DNA from: a virus
DNA: 21,177 nt
Virus record (IMG/VR): IMGVR_UViG_3300049215_000527
Location: 1 to 21,177 of that record
Direction: 5' to 3' (one strand)
In this document: positions 1 to 7,938 of the stretch, one piece after another
How positions within the stretch are numbered: the first letter of the stretch is position 1
How the letters are laid out: each line of letters begins with the position of its first letter
Made by a program: the position numbers and the translations under genes
Notes under the pieces: model-generated
Told to the model about the DNA's origin: nothing
Seen by the model: only the letters and a program-made list of their open reading frames with translations
The model's database searches: none

Positions 1-249
1 AGGGCTGACGATCCAGGTAGACACGACTGGTATAAGACGACGCAAACCTTGCCTGTGCCTGACTTTCCCCCACAGCTTTCCCGTGTGCAGAAAACACCGA
101 CAGCGTTGACCGCTACACAACGTACCGCCATTGCCACGCTCCGAAATGAAGGGGTATCGGCGCAAGCGATTGCTGCTCAGTATCACCTCCACATCCGAAC
201 AGTCGATGCCATCGTGCGGCGCGTGATGCGCGAAGGGGGTGCGCGATGA
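1..249 (+). CDS. 5'-truncated protein with C-terminal helix-turn-helix
   Basis: Frame is open from base 1. LTATQRTAIATLRNEGVSAQAIAAQYHLHIRTVDAIVRR is an HTH pattern. Confidence 0.65.
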   Translation, partial: RADDPGRHDWYKTTQTLPVPDFPPQLSRVQKTPTALTATQRTAIATLRNEGVSAQAIAAQYHLHIRTVDAIVRRVMREGGAR

Positions 250-251
250 CG

Positions 252-485
252 CTACTCGCTCGCGGCCTCTTTGCGCAGCCGCTCGTTGCGCCGCGCTGCC
301 AAGAATCCATCCAAATCCGCACGCTTGTACAGCGGATTGGGTTGACGATCAAGAGCATCGTTCAAATTAAACGGCACGATTTTGCCAGAACGACGCCAGC
401 GATAAAAAGTGTCTCGACTGATATGCAGATAGGCAATTGCCTCATCTGTGGTCAGTTCCTCTTTTTGGGGTGCCGACACGCTCAT
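252..485 (-). CDS. Excisionase/MerR-like HTH DNA-binding protein (HTH_17 type)
   Basis: LTTDEAIAYLHISRDTFYRWRRSGKI...YKRADLDGFL. GGAGGGG RBS upstream on the - strand. Confidence 0.85.
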   Translation of the reverse strand: MSVSAPQKEELTTDEAIAYLHISRDTFYRWRRSGKIVPFNLNDALDRQPNPLYKRADLDGFLAARRNERLRKEAASE

Positions 486-529
486 CAGTCCCCTCCCTTC
501 ATTTTACTAGCTGTGACGCTTACGGATAG

Positions 530-580
530 TATACGACTTGACAGACCACCTTGACAAGTCGTATAGTGCTGATGTATCGT
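530..580 (+). promoter_or_regulatory. Tandem sigma70-type promoters overlapped by an inverted-repeat operator
   Basis: TTGACA 538-543 with TATAGT 562-567, and TTGACA 551-556 with TATCGT 575-580 (18-nt spacers). Perfect 11-bp IR tatacgacttg 530-540 / caagtcgtata 555-565. Confidence 0.75.
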
Positions 581-624
581 ATTTAGTAGACGGTACATAC
601 TGAAAATACCGAAAGGAACCCATC

Positions 625-936
625 ATGCACGCGATGCAAGCGATTTACCGACAAGGCGATGTCCTGTTCATCCGCATCGAGGCGATGCCAGAAGAAGATC
701 TCACCCCCAAGGGGGATAACGTGATTGTGGAGGGCGAAACCACTGGCCATGCCCACCGCCTCACGGTGGGGCAGATCCTGGTGGACACCAAAACCACCAT
801 GTATCTGGCCTGTCAAACGATGTCGCAGGTGGTGCATGAAGAGCACCTCACCATTGACCTGCCGCCCGGACTCTATCGAGTACAGCGGCAGCGCGAGTAC
901 GTTGCACCAGACATTTCGCGCATGGTCATCGACTGA
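625..936 (+). CDS. Small His-rich beta-strand protein (RQGDV...GExTGHAH...HEEH...QREY family), usual partner of DUF6745 genes
   Basis: Motifs YRQGDV, EGETTGHAH, VHEEH, LPPGLYRVQRQREY. AAGGA RBS. Confidence 0.85.
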   Translation: MHAMQAIYRQGDVLFIRIEAMPEEDLTPKGDNVIVEGETTGHAHRLTVGQILVDTKTTMYLACQTMSQVVHEEHLTIDLPPGLYRVQRQREYVAPDISRMVID

Positions 937-942
937 TCGATC

Positions 943-973
943 AACCTCGGTCTATCAGGGATAGACCGAGGTT
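943..973. repeat. Perfect 14-bp inverted repeat with 3-nt loop
   Basis: aacctcggtctatc-agg-gatagaccgaggtt. No U-tract after it. Confidence 0.9.
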
Positions 974-1005
974 CTCATCATACCAGAAAAGGAAATGGCA
1001 TCATT

Positions 1006-2118
1006 ATGGATATATCCACTCCCAAAATCCGCAAAGGGCAGCGGGAACTCACCCCAGCACAATTGGCGTCGGCGCGCCTTTTTGCCCAGGAACGCATTCA
1101 AGCCATCCTCTCAACAGAGCCAGTCAATGAGTCCAGTGCCGAGGAACATCTGCGTCAAGCCTATCGTGCAGCGGGACTCGAACCGCCGACTACCATTCGT
1201 TGGTTTGACTCGCCACTCGGTTTTTGCCTTGCGCGGTCACTGCTCAATAAAGAGGTGGGGGACAGCGTGCGGGACAGCGTGCGGGACAGCGTGTGGGCCA
1301 GCGTGCGGGCCAGCGTGGGGGCCAGCGTGCGGGACAGCGTGGGGGCCAGCGTGCGGGACAGCGTGTGGGCCAGCGTGTGGGACAGCGTGCGGGCCAGCGT
1401 GGGGGCCAGCGTGGGGGCCAGCGTGCGGGCCAGCGTGGGGGCCAGCGTGGGGGCCAGCGTGCGGGACAGCGTGTGGGCCAGCGTGCGGGACAGCGTGGGG
1501 GACAGCGTGTGGGACAGCGTGTGGGCGTTATGGGACGCAGATGATTGCGCATTCCTCTGGTTCTTCCATACGGCGTTTCGGGAGAATGCCTTTATCCATT
1601 TCGCGCAGATGAATGAAATGATTCACGGTTATTTTCTGGGACGCAATGAGGCGTGGTTAGTGCGCCATGCCACGCGCCTTGAACGTGATGAGCGTGGGCG
1701 ACTCCATAGCGATAATGGGATGGCGATCCAGTACGCTGACGGCTGGGGCTTCTACGCCTGGCACGGCGTGCGTGTACCAGAACCAATCATCCTGCGGCCC
1801 GAAACCCTCACAAAAACGGACTGGTTGGCTGAGTCAAATCTTGAGGTGCGTCGCGTCATGCAAGAGCGACTGAGTCCCGATCAGTTCGTGGCCCTTGTCG
1901 GAGCCACTGCGATCCACGCCGATGAGTGCGGTACGTTGGTCGAAGTCGATCTCGGTGACGATCCGGAGCGTGTCGCGCGCTATGTCCATGTCCATGATAG
2001 CTCGACGCCCCGCGAATACTACCTGCGGGTACCACCGGACACAGAGCGCGCGCGGCAGGGTATCGCGTGGGGATTCGATATCCCTGAGGCAGAGTATTGC
2101 CCAGTGCAGGAAGCATGA
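1006..2118 (+). CDS. DUF6745-type protein with internal tetrapeptide repeat array
   Basis: WFDSP, RLHSDNGMAIQYADGWGFYAWHGVRVP, NLEVRRVM, DSSTPREYYLRVPP motifs, recognised from the DUF6745 family. Confidence 0.8.
   Translation: MDISTPKIRKGQRELTPAQLASARLFAQERIQAILSTEPVNESSAEEHLRQAYRAAGLEPPTTIRWFDSPLGFCLARSLLNKEVGDSVRDSVRDSVWASVRASVGASVRDSVGASVRDSVWASVWDSVRASVGASVGASVRASVGASVGASVRDSVWASVRDSVGDSVWDSVWALWDADDCAFLWFFHTAFRENAFIHFAQMNEMIHGYFLGRNEAWLVRHATRLERDERGRLHSDNGMAIQYADGWGFYAWHGVRVPEPIILRPETLTKTDWLAESNLEVRRVMQERLSPDQFVALVGATAIHADECGTLVEVDLGDDPERVARYVHVHDSSTPREYYLRVPPDTERARQGIAWGFDIPEAEYCPVQEA
1261..1524 (+). repeat. 22 tandem 12-nt units G(A/C)CAGCGTG(C/G/T)GG encoding [D/A]SV[R/G/W]
   Basis: Counted directly: 264 nt, with only 2 of 12 positions variable. 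Confidence 0.97.
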
Positions 2119-2138
2119 GAGAGGCAAGGTAAACGAGT

Positions 2139-2519
2139 ATGACCGAAACACTAGACCGCCTGCATACTGCCGCGAATCGCCGCCCAGATCGTTTCGCGGC
2201 AAACTGGTACGCCGCTATGCAAGAGCGGTGGGCAGCGTACCAAGCCTATGCCAGAGAGGTGGCGGCGCAACTCCCGTTTGCGTGGCATGTGGTGGCGTGC
2301 GATAACCCCACCCAAAATCACACGGGCGCGACCAATGGTCGCAGCCATATCGTGTGTGATGCCCCCGTGGATATGGGGCGGTTACATCGTGCTGCTGGCG
2401 ATGGGCTGTGCGGGCAAAACAGCCCCAACATGTGGTGCAACGCGACCGAGATCACCTGCAAACGGTGTCTCGTGGTGGCAGAACGCATCATTGCCCGCAA
2501 GGGGGAGTCACGATCATGA
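2139..2519 (+). CDS. Hypothetical phage protein with C-terminal Cys/His (Zn-finger-like) module
   Basis: AAGGT RBS. SH...LCG...CKRC. ATGA overlap with the next gene. Confidence 0.75.
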   Translation: MTETLDRLHTAANRRPDRFAANWYAAMQERWAAYQAYAREVAAQLPFAWHVVACDNPTQNHTGATNGRSHIVCDAPVDMGRLHRAAGDGLCGQNSPNMWCNATEITCKRCLVVAERIIARKGESRS

Positions 2520-2869
2520 GCGAGACCACTATCGCGCCGCATGCCGAGGCATTCGCGCTGCAATGTATCAGGACAGACCACAAGCGCAATCGCTTCATAT
2601 TTTACGACGCGATCACCTTCCCAGGTCGAGAGCGCGATGGCATCGGCACGGCAATTCGTCGTTTGCTGGGCAACGTCACAGCCACACCGAACGATGCCAC
2701 CTATGCGGTGCTAAGCATCATCGACCAAAATGAGACTGAGGTCCAGGAACTCTATCTCACTAAGCGTGGTTTTCAGTACCTGCAACGGACGCTCAAGTTT
2801 CGCGTCATTCCTGAAGGCGAGGTAAACGAGCATGAAAACGCGACAAGAAGTAGAAGCACTGAAACTTAA
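2516..2869 (+). CDS. Hypothetical phage protein (MSETTIAPH...)
   Basis: Start re-assigned to the ATGA overlap at 2516, after a GGGGAG RBS. Confidence 0.7.
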   Translation: MSETTIAPHAEAFALQCIRTDHKRNRFIFYDAITFPGRERDGIGTAIRRLLGNVTATPNDATYAVLSIIDQNETEVQELYLTKRGFQYLQRTLKFRVIPEGEVNEHENATRSRSTET

Positions 2870-3005
2870 TTGGATGTCAGATCCCTGCTGGTCTCTTGCC
2901 ACAGCGGGAGGCTTTGAAGAGTACCAAGACGAGTTAGCAGGGTTTGAGATCGAGGTGAATCTGAAGTGGATGCAGCCGCGCCTCTTTGATCTGGAGGCCG
3001 CGTGA
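2832..3005 (+). CDS. 57-aa hypothetical phage protein (MKTRQEVEALKLNWMSDPCWSLATAGGFEEYQDEL...), absent from ORF track
   Basis: Hand translation. GAGGT RBS. Ends in EAA* overlapping the next start. The WxxDPCW...GFE pattern resembles other small phage proteins from memory. Confidence 0.75.
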   Translation: MKTRQEVEALKLNWMSDPCWSLATAGGFEEYQDELAGFEIEVNLKWMQPRLFDLEAA

Positions 3006-3241
3006 TGCGCAAACACCCCACCGCAGCCGTTCAGATGCCCCTCTTTGCCGAGCCAGCGCCACAGGGGTGGGCATTCGCCCTCATCCGCAAGCCGGATGCG
3101 TGGCTGGTCCGGTTCCGCAACGGTGCCACAGGCTATGGCCATTCGTGGCGCTGTGACCCCGCCACGCCACGCGAGGTGCTGGCAGCGCGGGCGCAAGCGG
3201 CGTGCGACCACTACAACGCGGCGCGAGGGGAGGCGGCATGA
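3002..3241 (+). CDS. Hypothetical phage protein
   Basis: GGAGG RBS. Overlaps coupled at both ends. Confidence 0.7.
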   Translation: MMRKHPTAAVQMPLFAEPAPQGWAFALIRKPDAWLVRFRNGATGYGHSWRCDPATPREVLAARAQAACDHYNAARGEAA

Positions 3242-4320
3242 TGCGCTGGGGGATTTTATTCGCGGGCATCGGCGGCGTGGAATGGGGTCTGGAGGCTGCC
3301 GGGCATCAGCCGATATGGGCCGTGGAAATGGACCCAATAGCCGCCGAGTATCATCGGCGCAACCATCCCAACACGCAGATGATCGCGTCGGATGTGCAGC
3401 AGGTCGATGTGTGCGAGTTGCCCAACATTGACGCGCTGCATGCCAGCCCACCCTGTCAAGGGCATAGTCGGGCGCGGAGCAAAGGTCTGTCAGTACGCGA
3501 GGATGTGTGGGTGGGGCGCGATATTCTGCGCTATGCCCGCGAGCTGGCCCCGCGCCTCATCACCGTCGAGAACGTGCCACAGTATGCCCGCCACGCCGTC
3601 TTTCGGGAGATTGTGGCAGGCCTGGACACGCTGGGCTACCACGTCGAATGGCGGGTGCTCAATTGCGCTGATTATGGCATTGCCCAGACCCGTGAGCGGC
3701 TCATTGTCCAGGCCAGACGTGATGGGCAGATAGCGTGGCCAGTGAAAGCCAAACGTCGGGTAGGCTGGTATGAAGTGATTCAGGATATCCTGCCAGCCCC
3801 TGACAGGCCACTTGCCCCGTGGCAGGCATCACGGTGGAACGCCGCATACAACCAGATGAGGCCAGTCTATGTGGACTGGCAATTTGCCGCAGCGCGTACC
3901 CCTGGCCACCAGAAAACCATGATGACCATTCGACAGGAACACGAGCCATCAGCAACCATCACGGCGCATAGCAACCGTCAAGAGGTCGTCTACCCAGTGT
4001 TGCTGGACGGGCAGTTGGTGTTCAATGACGTGCAGCGGCTGCACGTCATTGAACAGCGCGATCCGGCCCCCACCATCATGGCATCGGCCCATAGCGTCAA
4101 TTACATTGTCTATCCTGATGCTGGCCCGATGCGGGCGCGCTTAAATGCGCGGTGCTCAGCACGACTGCAAACGATACCCGATGCCGCGATTCTGCCTGAA
4201 ACACAGAGTCAGGCCATCAGGCTCATTGGCAATGCCGTGCCACCACTACTGATGCAACGCATCGTTGAGGCAAGCGCCACGGTGTGGCAGGGAAGTTTGT
4301 TTCATCAGGAGGCGGCATGA
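3238..4320 (+). CDS. dcm: DNA (cytosine-5)-methyltransferase
   Basis: Motif I LFAGIGG, IV SPPCQGHS, VI VENV, VIII QTRERL, IX ARLQT, X IGNAVPP. Start re-assigned to ATG 3238 after GGAGG. Confidence 0.95.
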   Translation: MMRWGILFAGIGGVEWGLEAAGHQPIWAVEMDPIAAEYHRRNHPNTQMIASDVQQVDVCELPNIDALHASPPCQGHSRARSKGLSVREDVWVGRDILRYARELAPRLITVENVPQYARHAVFREIVAGLDTLGYHVEWRVLNCADYGIAQTRERLIVQARRDGQIAWPVKAKRRVGWYEVIQDILPAPDRPLAPWQASRWNAAYNQMRPVYVDWQFAAARTPGHQKTMMTIRQEHEPSATITAHSNRQEVVYPVLLDGQLVFNDVQRLHVIEQRDPAPTIMASAHSVNYIVYPDAGPMRARLNARCSARLQTIPDAAILPETQSQAIRLIGNAVPPLLMQRIVEASATVWQGSLFHQEAA

Positions 4321-4559
4321 TGGCAACGCGCAAACAGCGCACAATCACCGCCGCCATGCTCACCACGTTAGAGCGGCAGTGCCAAGCGGAATATGACCGC
4401 GAAATAAAACAAGCCGATGAGGCTGCGGGGCGAGGCCGCATCACCCTAGCGCAGCACGAATACAACGAACGGTACCATTTCATCCTGCTGAGCGGCCAAA
4501 CCGATGTCATCCGGCGGCTGCGGGACATGCTGGCAGAGAGCGAGGTAGCGGCATGGTAG
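4317..4559 (+). CDS. Hypothetical phage protein (MMATRKQRT...)
   Basis: GGAGG RBS and ATGA overlap. Confidence 0.7.
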   Translation: MMATRKQRTITAAMLTTLERQCQAEYDREIKQADEAAGRGRITLAQHEYNERYHFILLSGQTDVIRRLRDMLAESEVAAW

Positions 4560-5341
4560 CACGCAAGCGGCAAGCGAACGGGGCCACGGTGCTAGAGGGC
4601 TTGCCCCACAATACGACGGTGTTGGGCTATCGTGGTGGCAAAAGCTATCTCGCCAAATATCTCGTGCCCCTCTTGCCGCCGCATGCGCGTTACCTGGAAA
4701 CCCACTTCGGCGGCGGATCGGTGTTCTTTGCCAAGCCGCCCGCGCCGTATGAAGTGGTTAATGACTTGGATCGCAACGTGACCACCTTCTTTCAGTGCTT
4801 GCGCGACCAGCCCACCGACCTTATCGCGCAACTATGGGCCACGCCGTACAGCCGCGAGGAATTCACCACGGCACTCCAGGAAGCGGATAACCTTTCGCCC
4901 TTGGAAGCCGCGCGGGTGTTCTTTATTCAGCAGAATCAGGGCTTTTCGGGCAAGGCGACCACTGAGGGTAATTGGGGCGTGGGACAAGATGTATCGCGGG
5001 AAATGGCGCAACAGCCCGCCAAATGGCAGACGAAAATCACCTTGCTCGCGGGCGCAGCCGAGCGCCTCCGTAACACGATGATTGAACACCAGGACGCGGC
5101 GCGGGTGATCGCCCGCTATGCCACACCCGAAACGCTTTTATACTGCGATCCGCCGTATCTGCCTGAGACGCGCACGGGTACCGATTATCGCCATGAGATG
5201 ACGGCAGCCGACCATGAGCGCCTGTTGCGCGTGCTGACCACTACCGACGCGATGGTGGCCCTCAGTGGCTACGATAGCGAGATGTATCGGGATATGCTGA
5301 CGGGCCTGGCACCTGACCACCTGGGACGTATCGGCGCATAG
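4553..5341 (+). CDS. dam: DNA adenine methyltransferase (Dam/D12 class), C-terminus frameshifted
   Basis: YRGGKS, YLETHFGGGSV, VVNDLD, YCDPPY, VALSGY. Confidence 0.92.
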   Translation: MVARKRQANGATVLEGLPHNTTVLGYRGGKSYLAKYLVPLLPPHARYLETHFGGGSVFFAKPPAPYEVVNDLDRNVTTFFQCLRDQPTDLIAQLWATPYSREEFTTALQEADNLSPLEAARVFFIQQNQGFSGKATTEGNWGVGQDVSREMAQQPAKWQTKITLLAGAAERLRNTMIEHQDAARVIARYATPETLLYCDPPYLPETRTGTDYRHEMTAADHERLLRVLTTTDAMVALSGYDSEMYRDMLTGLAPDHLGRIGA

Positions 5342-5462
5342 TGCGGGGCGCGTCGGCAAGCGCAAGGGGCAAGCGTCCCCACGGCGGGTTGAGCATTTAT
5401 GGCGCAACCCCGCCGCGATGGCCGCGATCCACCAGCAACGCACGCTATGGGAGGTGGCATAA
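5307..5462 (+). pseudogene. Displaced C-terminus of the adenine methyltransferase (+1 frame)
   Basis: Removing one C at 5305/5306 gives ...MLTGWHLTTWDVSAHSAGR...RRVEHLWRNP...WEVA*, whose TAA overlaps the next ATG (TAATG). Confidence 0.85.
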
Positions 5463-5647
5463 TGCTGACCTATGCAGAGCGCCTCGTCGCGCGCTACCTG
5501 GCCCGATGCCCGGTGTGGCAGGGGCATCCGGTGGCGAGCATCAGGCGGTGCGCGACGGTGACGGGGCTGGCCCAAGGCGAGGTACGCCGGGCAATGGCGA
5601 GACTACTGGCAATGCGAGAATCCGGGCCGGACATGGCGGCGGAATAA
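5462..5647 (+). CDS. Small protein, possible HTH
   Basis: GGAGGT RBS. SIRRCATVTGLAQGEVRRAMARL is HTH-like. Confidence 0.6.
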   Translation: MLTYAERLVARYLARCPVWQGHPVASIRRCATVTGLAQGEVRRAMARLLAMRESGPDMAAE

Positions 5648-5673
5648 TCACGGGTGGATGAAGAGGTAGCGAT

Positions 5674-6492
5674 ATGCGGATGCCCTGGTTGCGGCTTCAC
5701 TCTGAAGCACGCTGCGACCCGAAACTAGAGCTATTGTCGGATGCCCAATTTCGGGTATGGTTCCGCTTACTCTGCTTTGCCAACGATCAGCCAGAGCGTG
5801 GCACCATCGCTTTTCGTTCGATGAAGCTCTTAGCGGTGCAAGTCTCCAAAGGTGATGAGGCGCTGCTTGCTGAGGTCTTGGCCCTCTTAGTCGAACTCAA
5901 TATCATCGACGTGGACGATGAAGATGAATTGGTAGCGTTCGTCCACTGGACGGAGCGCCAGTACGATAAGCCATCCGACGCCCCTCAAGCCACGCGCGAA
6001 CGCAAAGCGCGTCAGCGTGACAAGAGCGATCCGCCACCAACAGATCCACTTACTTCCACCCCGTCACGCGATGTCACGCCGATGTCACGCGATGTCACGC
6101 GATGTCACGGGCAAGAGGAGAAGAGAGAAGAGGAGAAAGAGGAGACGACGAACGCGCGCGCAAGCGCCTCACTGGTACCCGATGTGTCTACATCGTCGTC
6201 ATCCCTTTCCGAGCAATTACAGCGTGAACTCAATATTTACACCCACGCTGTTGATGCAATCGTGGCGGAATATGCCCCACAGCTTGAGGCAATCGGAAAA
6301 ACCCTCTTGGGAGAAGCTGCTAAGTGGCGACAAGACAACCCAACAGGTCGTTTAAAGAATTTTGAAAATTGGCTGAGAATTGCGCTCAAGCCAGATAGTT
6401 TTTCCGCGCAAGCACCACCCCGCGCAAGCCCCACCGCGCCACCTTCCAAGAAATACCGGACCCTTGAAGAAACCCGTAAGAAATCGGCATAG
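5674..6492 (+). CDS. Phage replication initiator / replisome organizer (lambda O-like role)
   Basis: N-terminal WLRLH...DPKL...WFRLLC, ERKARQR, central iterons, EEKREEEKE linker. Lies directly upstream of the helicase. Confidence 0.85.
   Translation: MRMPWLRLHSEARCDPKLELLSDAQFRVWFRLLCFANDQPERGTIAFRSMKLLAVQVSKGDEALLAEVLALLVELNIIDVDDEDELVAFVHWTERQYDKPSDAPQATRERKARQRDKSDPPPTDPLTSTPSRDVTPMSRDVTRCHGQEEKREEEKEETTNARASASLVPDVSTSSSSLSEQLQRELNIYTHAVDAIVAEYAPQLEAIGKTLLGEAAKWRQDNPTGRLKNFENWLRIALKPDSFSAQAPPRASPTAPPSKKYRTLEETRKKSA
6063..6109 (+). repeat. Iteron array (putative phage origin)
   Basis: gtcacgc, then gatgtcacgc x3 and gatgtcacg. Inverted copy gcgtgaca at 6015-6022. Purine-only tract follows. 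Confidence 0.8.
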
Positions 6493-6501
6493 GAGCGCAG
6501 C

Positions 6502-7938
6502 ATGTCAGAGAGAGAAGCCCCGCCGCCATCCAATCTTGAGGCGGAAACGAGCGTTATTGGCGCGGTGTTGCTGGACGCGAGCAACGTTGCCCGGCTATCC
6601 TGGATCACACCAGAGATGTTTACCCATCCGGGGTATGCCCTGGCCTGGCGGGTGATGAACGACCTCACCAGCGAGGGCATTGACGTGGATATATTGACCG
6701 TCACCGAGCGGATGAAGCATATCAAATATGGCGCAGAATATAGCGTCCTGCTGAATCAATCCGTTACGCACACCGCTTCCAGTGAACACGCCCGCCAGTA
6801 TGGCGCGATGGTCCTGAAGGCGTACCAGCAACGCCAATTGCTAGAACTTGCCCAGTATTTTGCCACCCAGGCATATAGCACCACCGATCCGGCGGTGGCG
6901 GGTCAACAGGGCATGACCACGCTCTCGCATCTCTTAGCCCTTTCGCCTGCCCACACCACAGGCCGCAAAACGTATTCCGAGGTGCTTGACCTGTTGCATG
7001 AGGACACGTATACCCGTGCGGAAAAGCCGGATATGACGCTGAAAACGGGTTTTGCTCGCATTGATGCGTGGTCCGGGGGCTTTGAGCCAGGACAATTTAT
7101 CCTCATTGCGGGTCGTCCTGGGAGCGGCAAATCGGCGCTGGCGCTGTCGATGGCGCGGCGTTTCGCTGGGCGCTTTCATCATCAGGGCGCGGGTGCAGTG
7201 GACGTGGTGACAATGGAGATGAGCATGCTCAGTCAGGCACGGCGCATTGTGGCGGCACGCGGCTTGCCCGTCATCGATACCCGCCTCATTCGTACAGGCT
7301 TTCGGGATGAGCAAGATGAGTTTGATGGGCAAGCCTACAGCTATTTTATGGAGATGCTAGAGGCTGACCGCGCCGAAGTGGGTGATGCGCTAGCCTTCCA
7401 CGAGGGCGTTATGACCACCGACCAACTGGCGGTGATTGCGCAAGATGCCAAGACCAACCACGGCATGCAAGTGCTGATCATCGACCAACTGGACTTGTTT
7501 GCGGATACCAACCGTAACGGCGAATATGAGCGGGTCACGAACATCAGCCGGAAACTGAAGCAACTCGCCATGCGTTTGGGTATCATCATCATCTGCTTGG
7601 TGCAACTGAACCGCGAAGTCGAAAAGCGCGGCGACAAACGTCCGCAGCTATCGGATCTGCGGCAATCAGGGCAGCTTGAGCAAGACGCCGATATCGTTAT
7701 GGCGCTCTATCGTCCGGCGTATTATTTCCCGCCGATTGAGGATTGGCCGGAAAAGACCAACGAGGTCTATGCGCAATGGGCCGAATTGTTGACCCTCAAG
7801 TTTCGTGATGGGCAAGCGGACGTATTGACGCCGCTCTGCTTTCAGGGCGCGGCGGCAAGTTACACGGATTGGGACGGTGACGCCTATCCCATCGGCGATA
7901 TCCGCAATTTAGTGGCAGGACGGGAGAAAATGGGATGA
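6502..7938 (+). CDS. dnaB: Replicative DNA helicase, DnaB family
   Basis: AETSVIGAVL, Walker A GRPGSGKS, MEMS, IIDQL, QLNREVEKRGDKRPQLSDLRQSGQLEQDAD, KFRDG. Confidence 0.97.
   Translation: MSEREAPPPSNLEAETSVIGAVLLDASNVARLSWITPEMFTHPGYALAWRVMNDLTSEGIDVDILTVTERMKHIKYGAEYSVLLNQSVTHTASSEHARQYGAMVLKAYQQRQLLELAQYFATQAYSTTDPAVAGQQGMTTLSHLLALSPAHTTGRKTYSEVLDLLHEDTYTRAEKPDMTLKTGFARIDAWSGGFEPGQFILIAGRPGSGKSALALSMARRFAGRFHHQGAGAVDVVTMEMSMLSQARRIVAARGLPVIDTRLIRTGFRDEQDEFDGQAYSYFMEMLEADRAEVGDALAFHEGVMTTDQLAVIAQDAKTNHGMQVLIIDQLDLFADTNRNGEYERVTNISRKLKQLAMRLGIIIICLVQLNREVEKRGDKRPQLSDLRQSGQLEQDADIVMALYRPAYYFPPIEDWPEKTNEVYAQWAELLTLKFRDGQADVLTPLCFQGAAASYTDWDGDAYPIGDIRNLVAGREKMG

Noticed and set aside
246-554. 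+ strand 102-aa ORF with ATGA overlap
   Set aside because: Fully antisense to a convincing HTH gene and runs into the promoter region.
1261-1524. Repeat array as CRISPR or DGR variable region
   Set aside because: No spacers or cas genes. It is an in-frame coding repeat. No reverse transcriptase or template repeat in the window, and the second variable site (C/G/T) does not fit a TR/VR pair that I can see.
995-1612. Alternative-frame ORFs across the repeat (CGTA/GQRA/PTRC repeats)
   Set aside because: By-products of a stop-free 12-nt repeat. Only the 1006 frame has conserved flanking domains.
3238-5462. Restriction-modification system
   Set aside because: No recognisable endonuclease nearby. 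Orphan phage methyltransferases are the simpler reading.
5341-5661. 106-aa ORF after dam
   Set aside because: Region is better explained by the frameshifted dam tail plus the 5462 gene.
7470-7500. DnaB Walker B region reads IIDQLDL rather than IIDYLQL
   Set aside because: The Walker B Asp and the other catalytic motifs are intact. This is within the variation expected for phage helicases.
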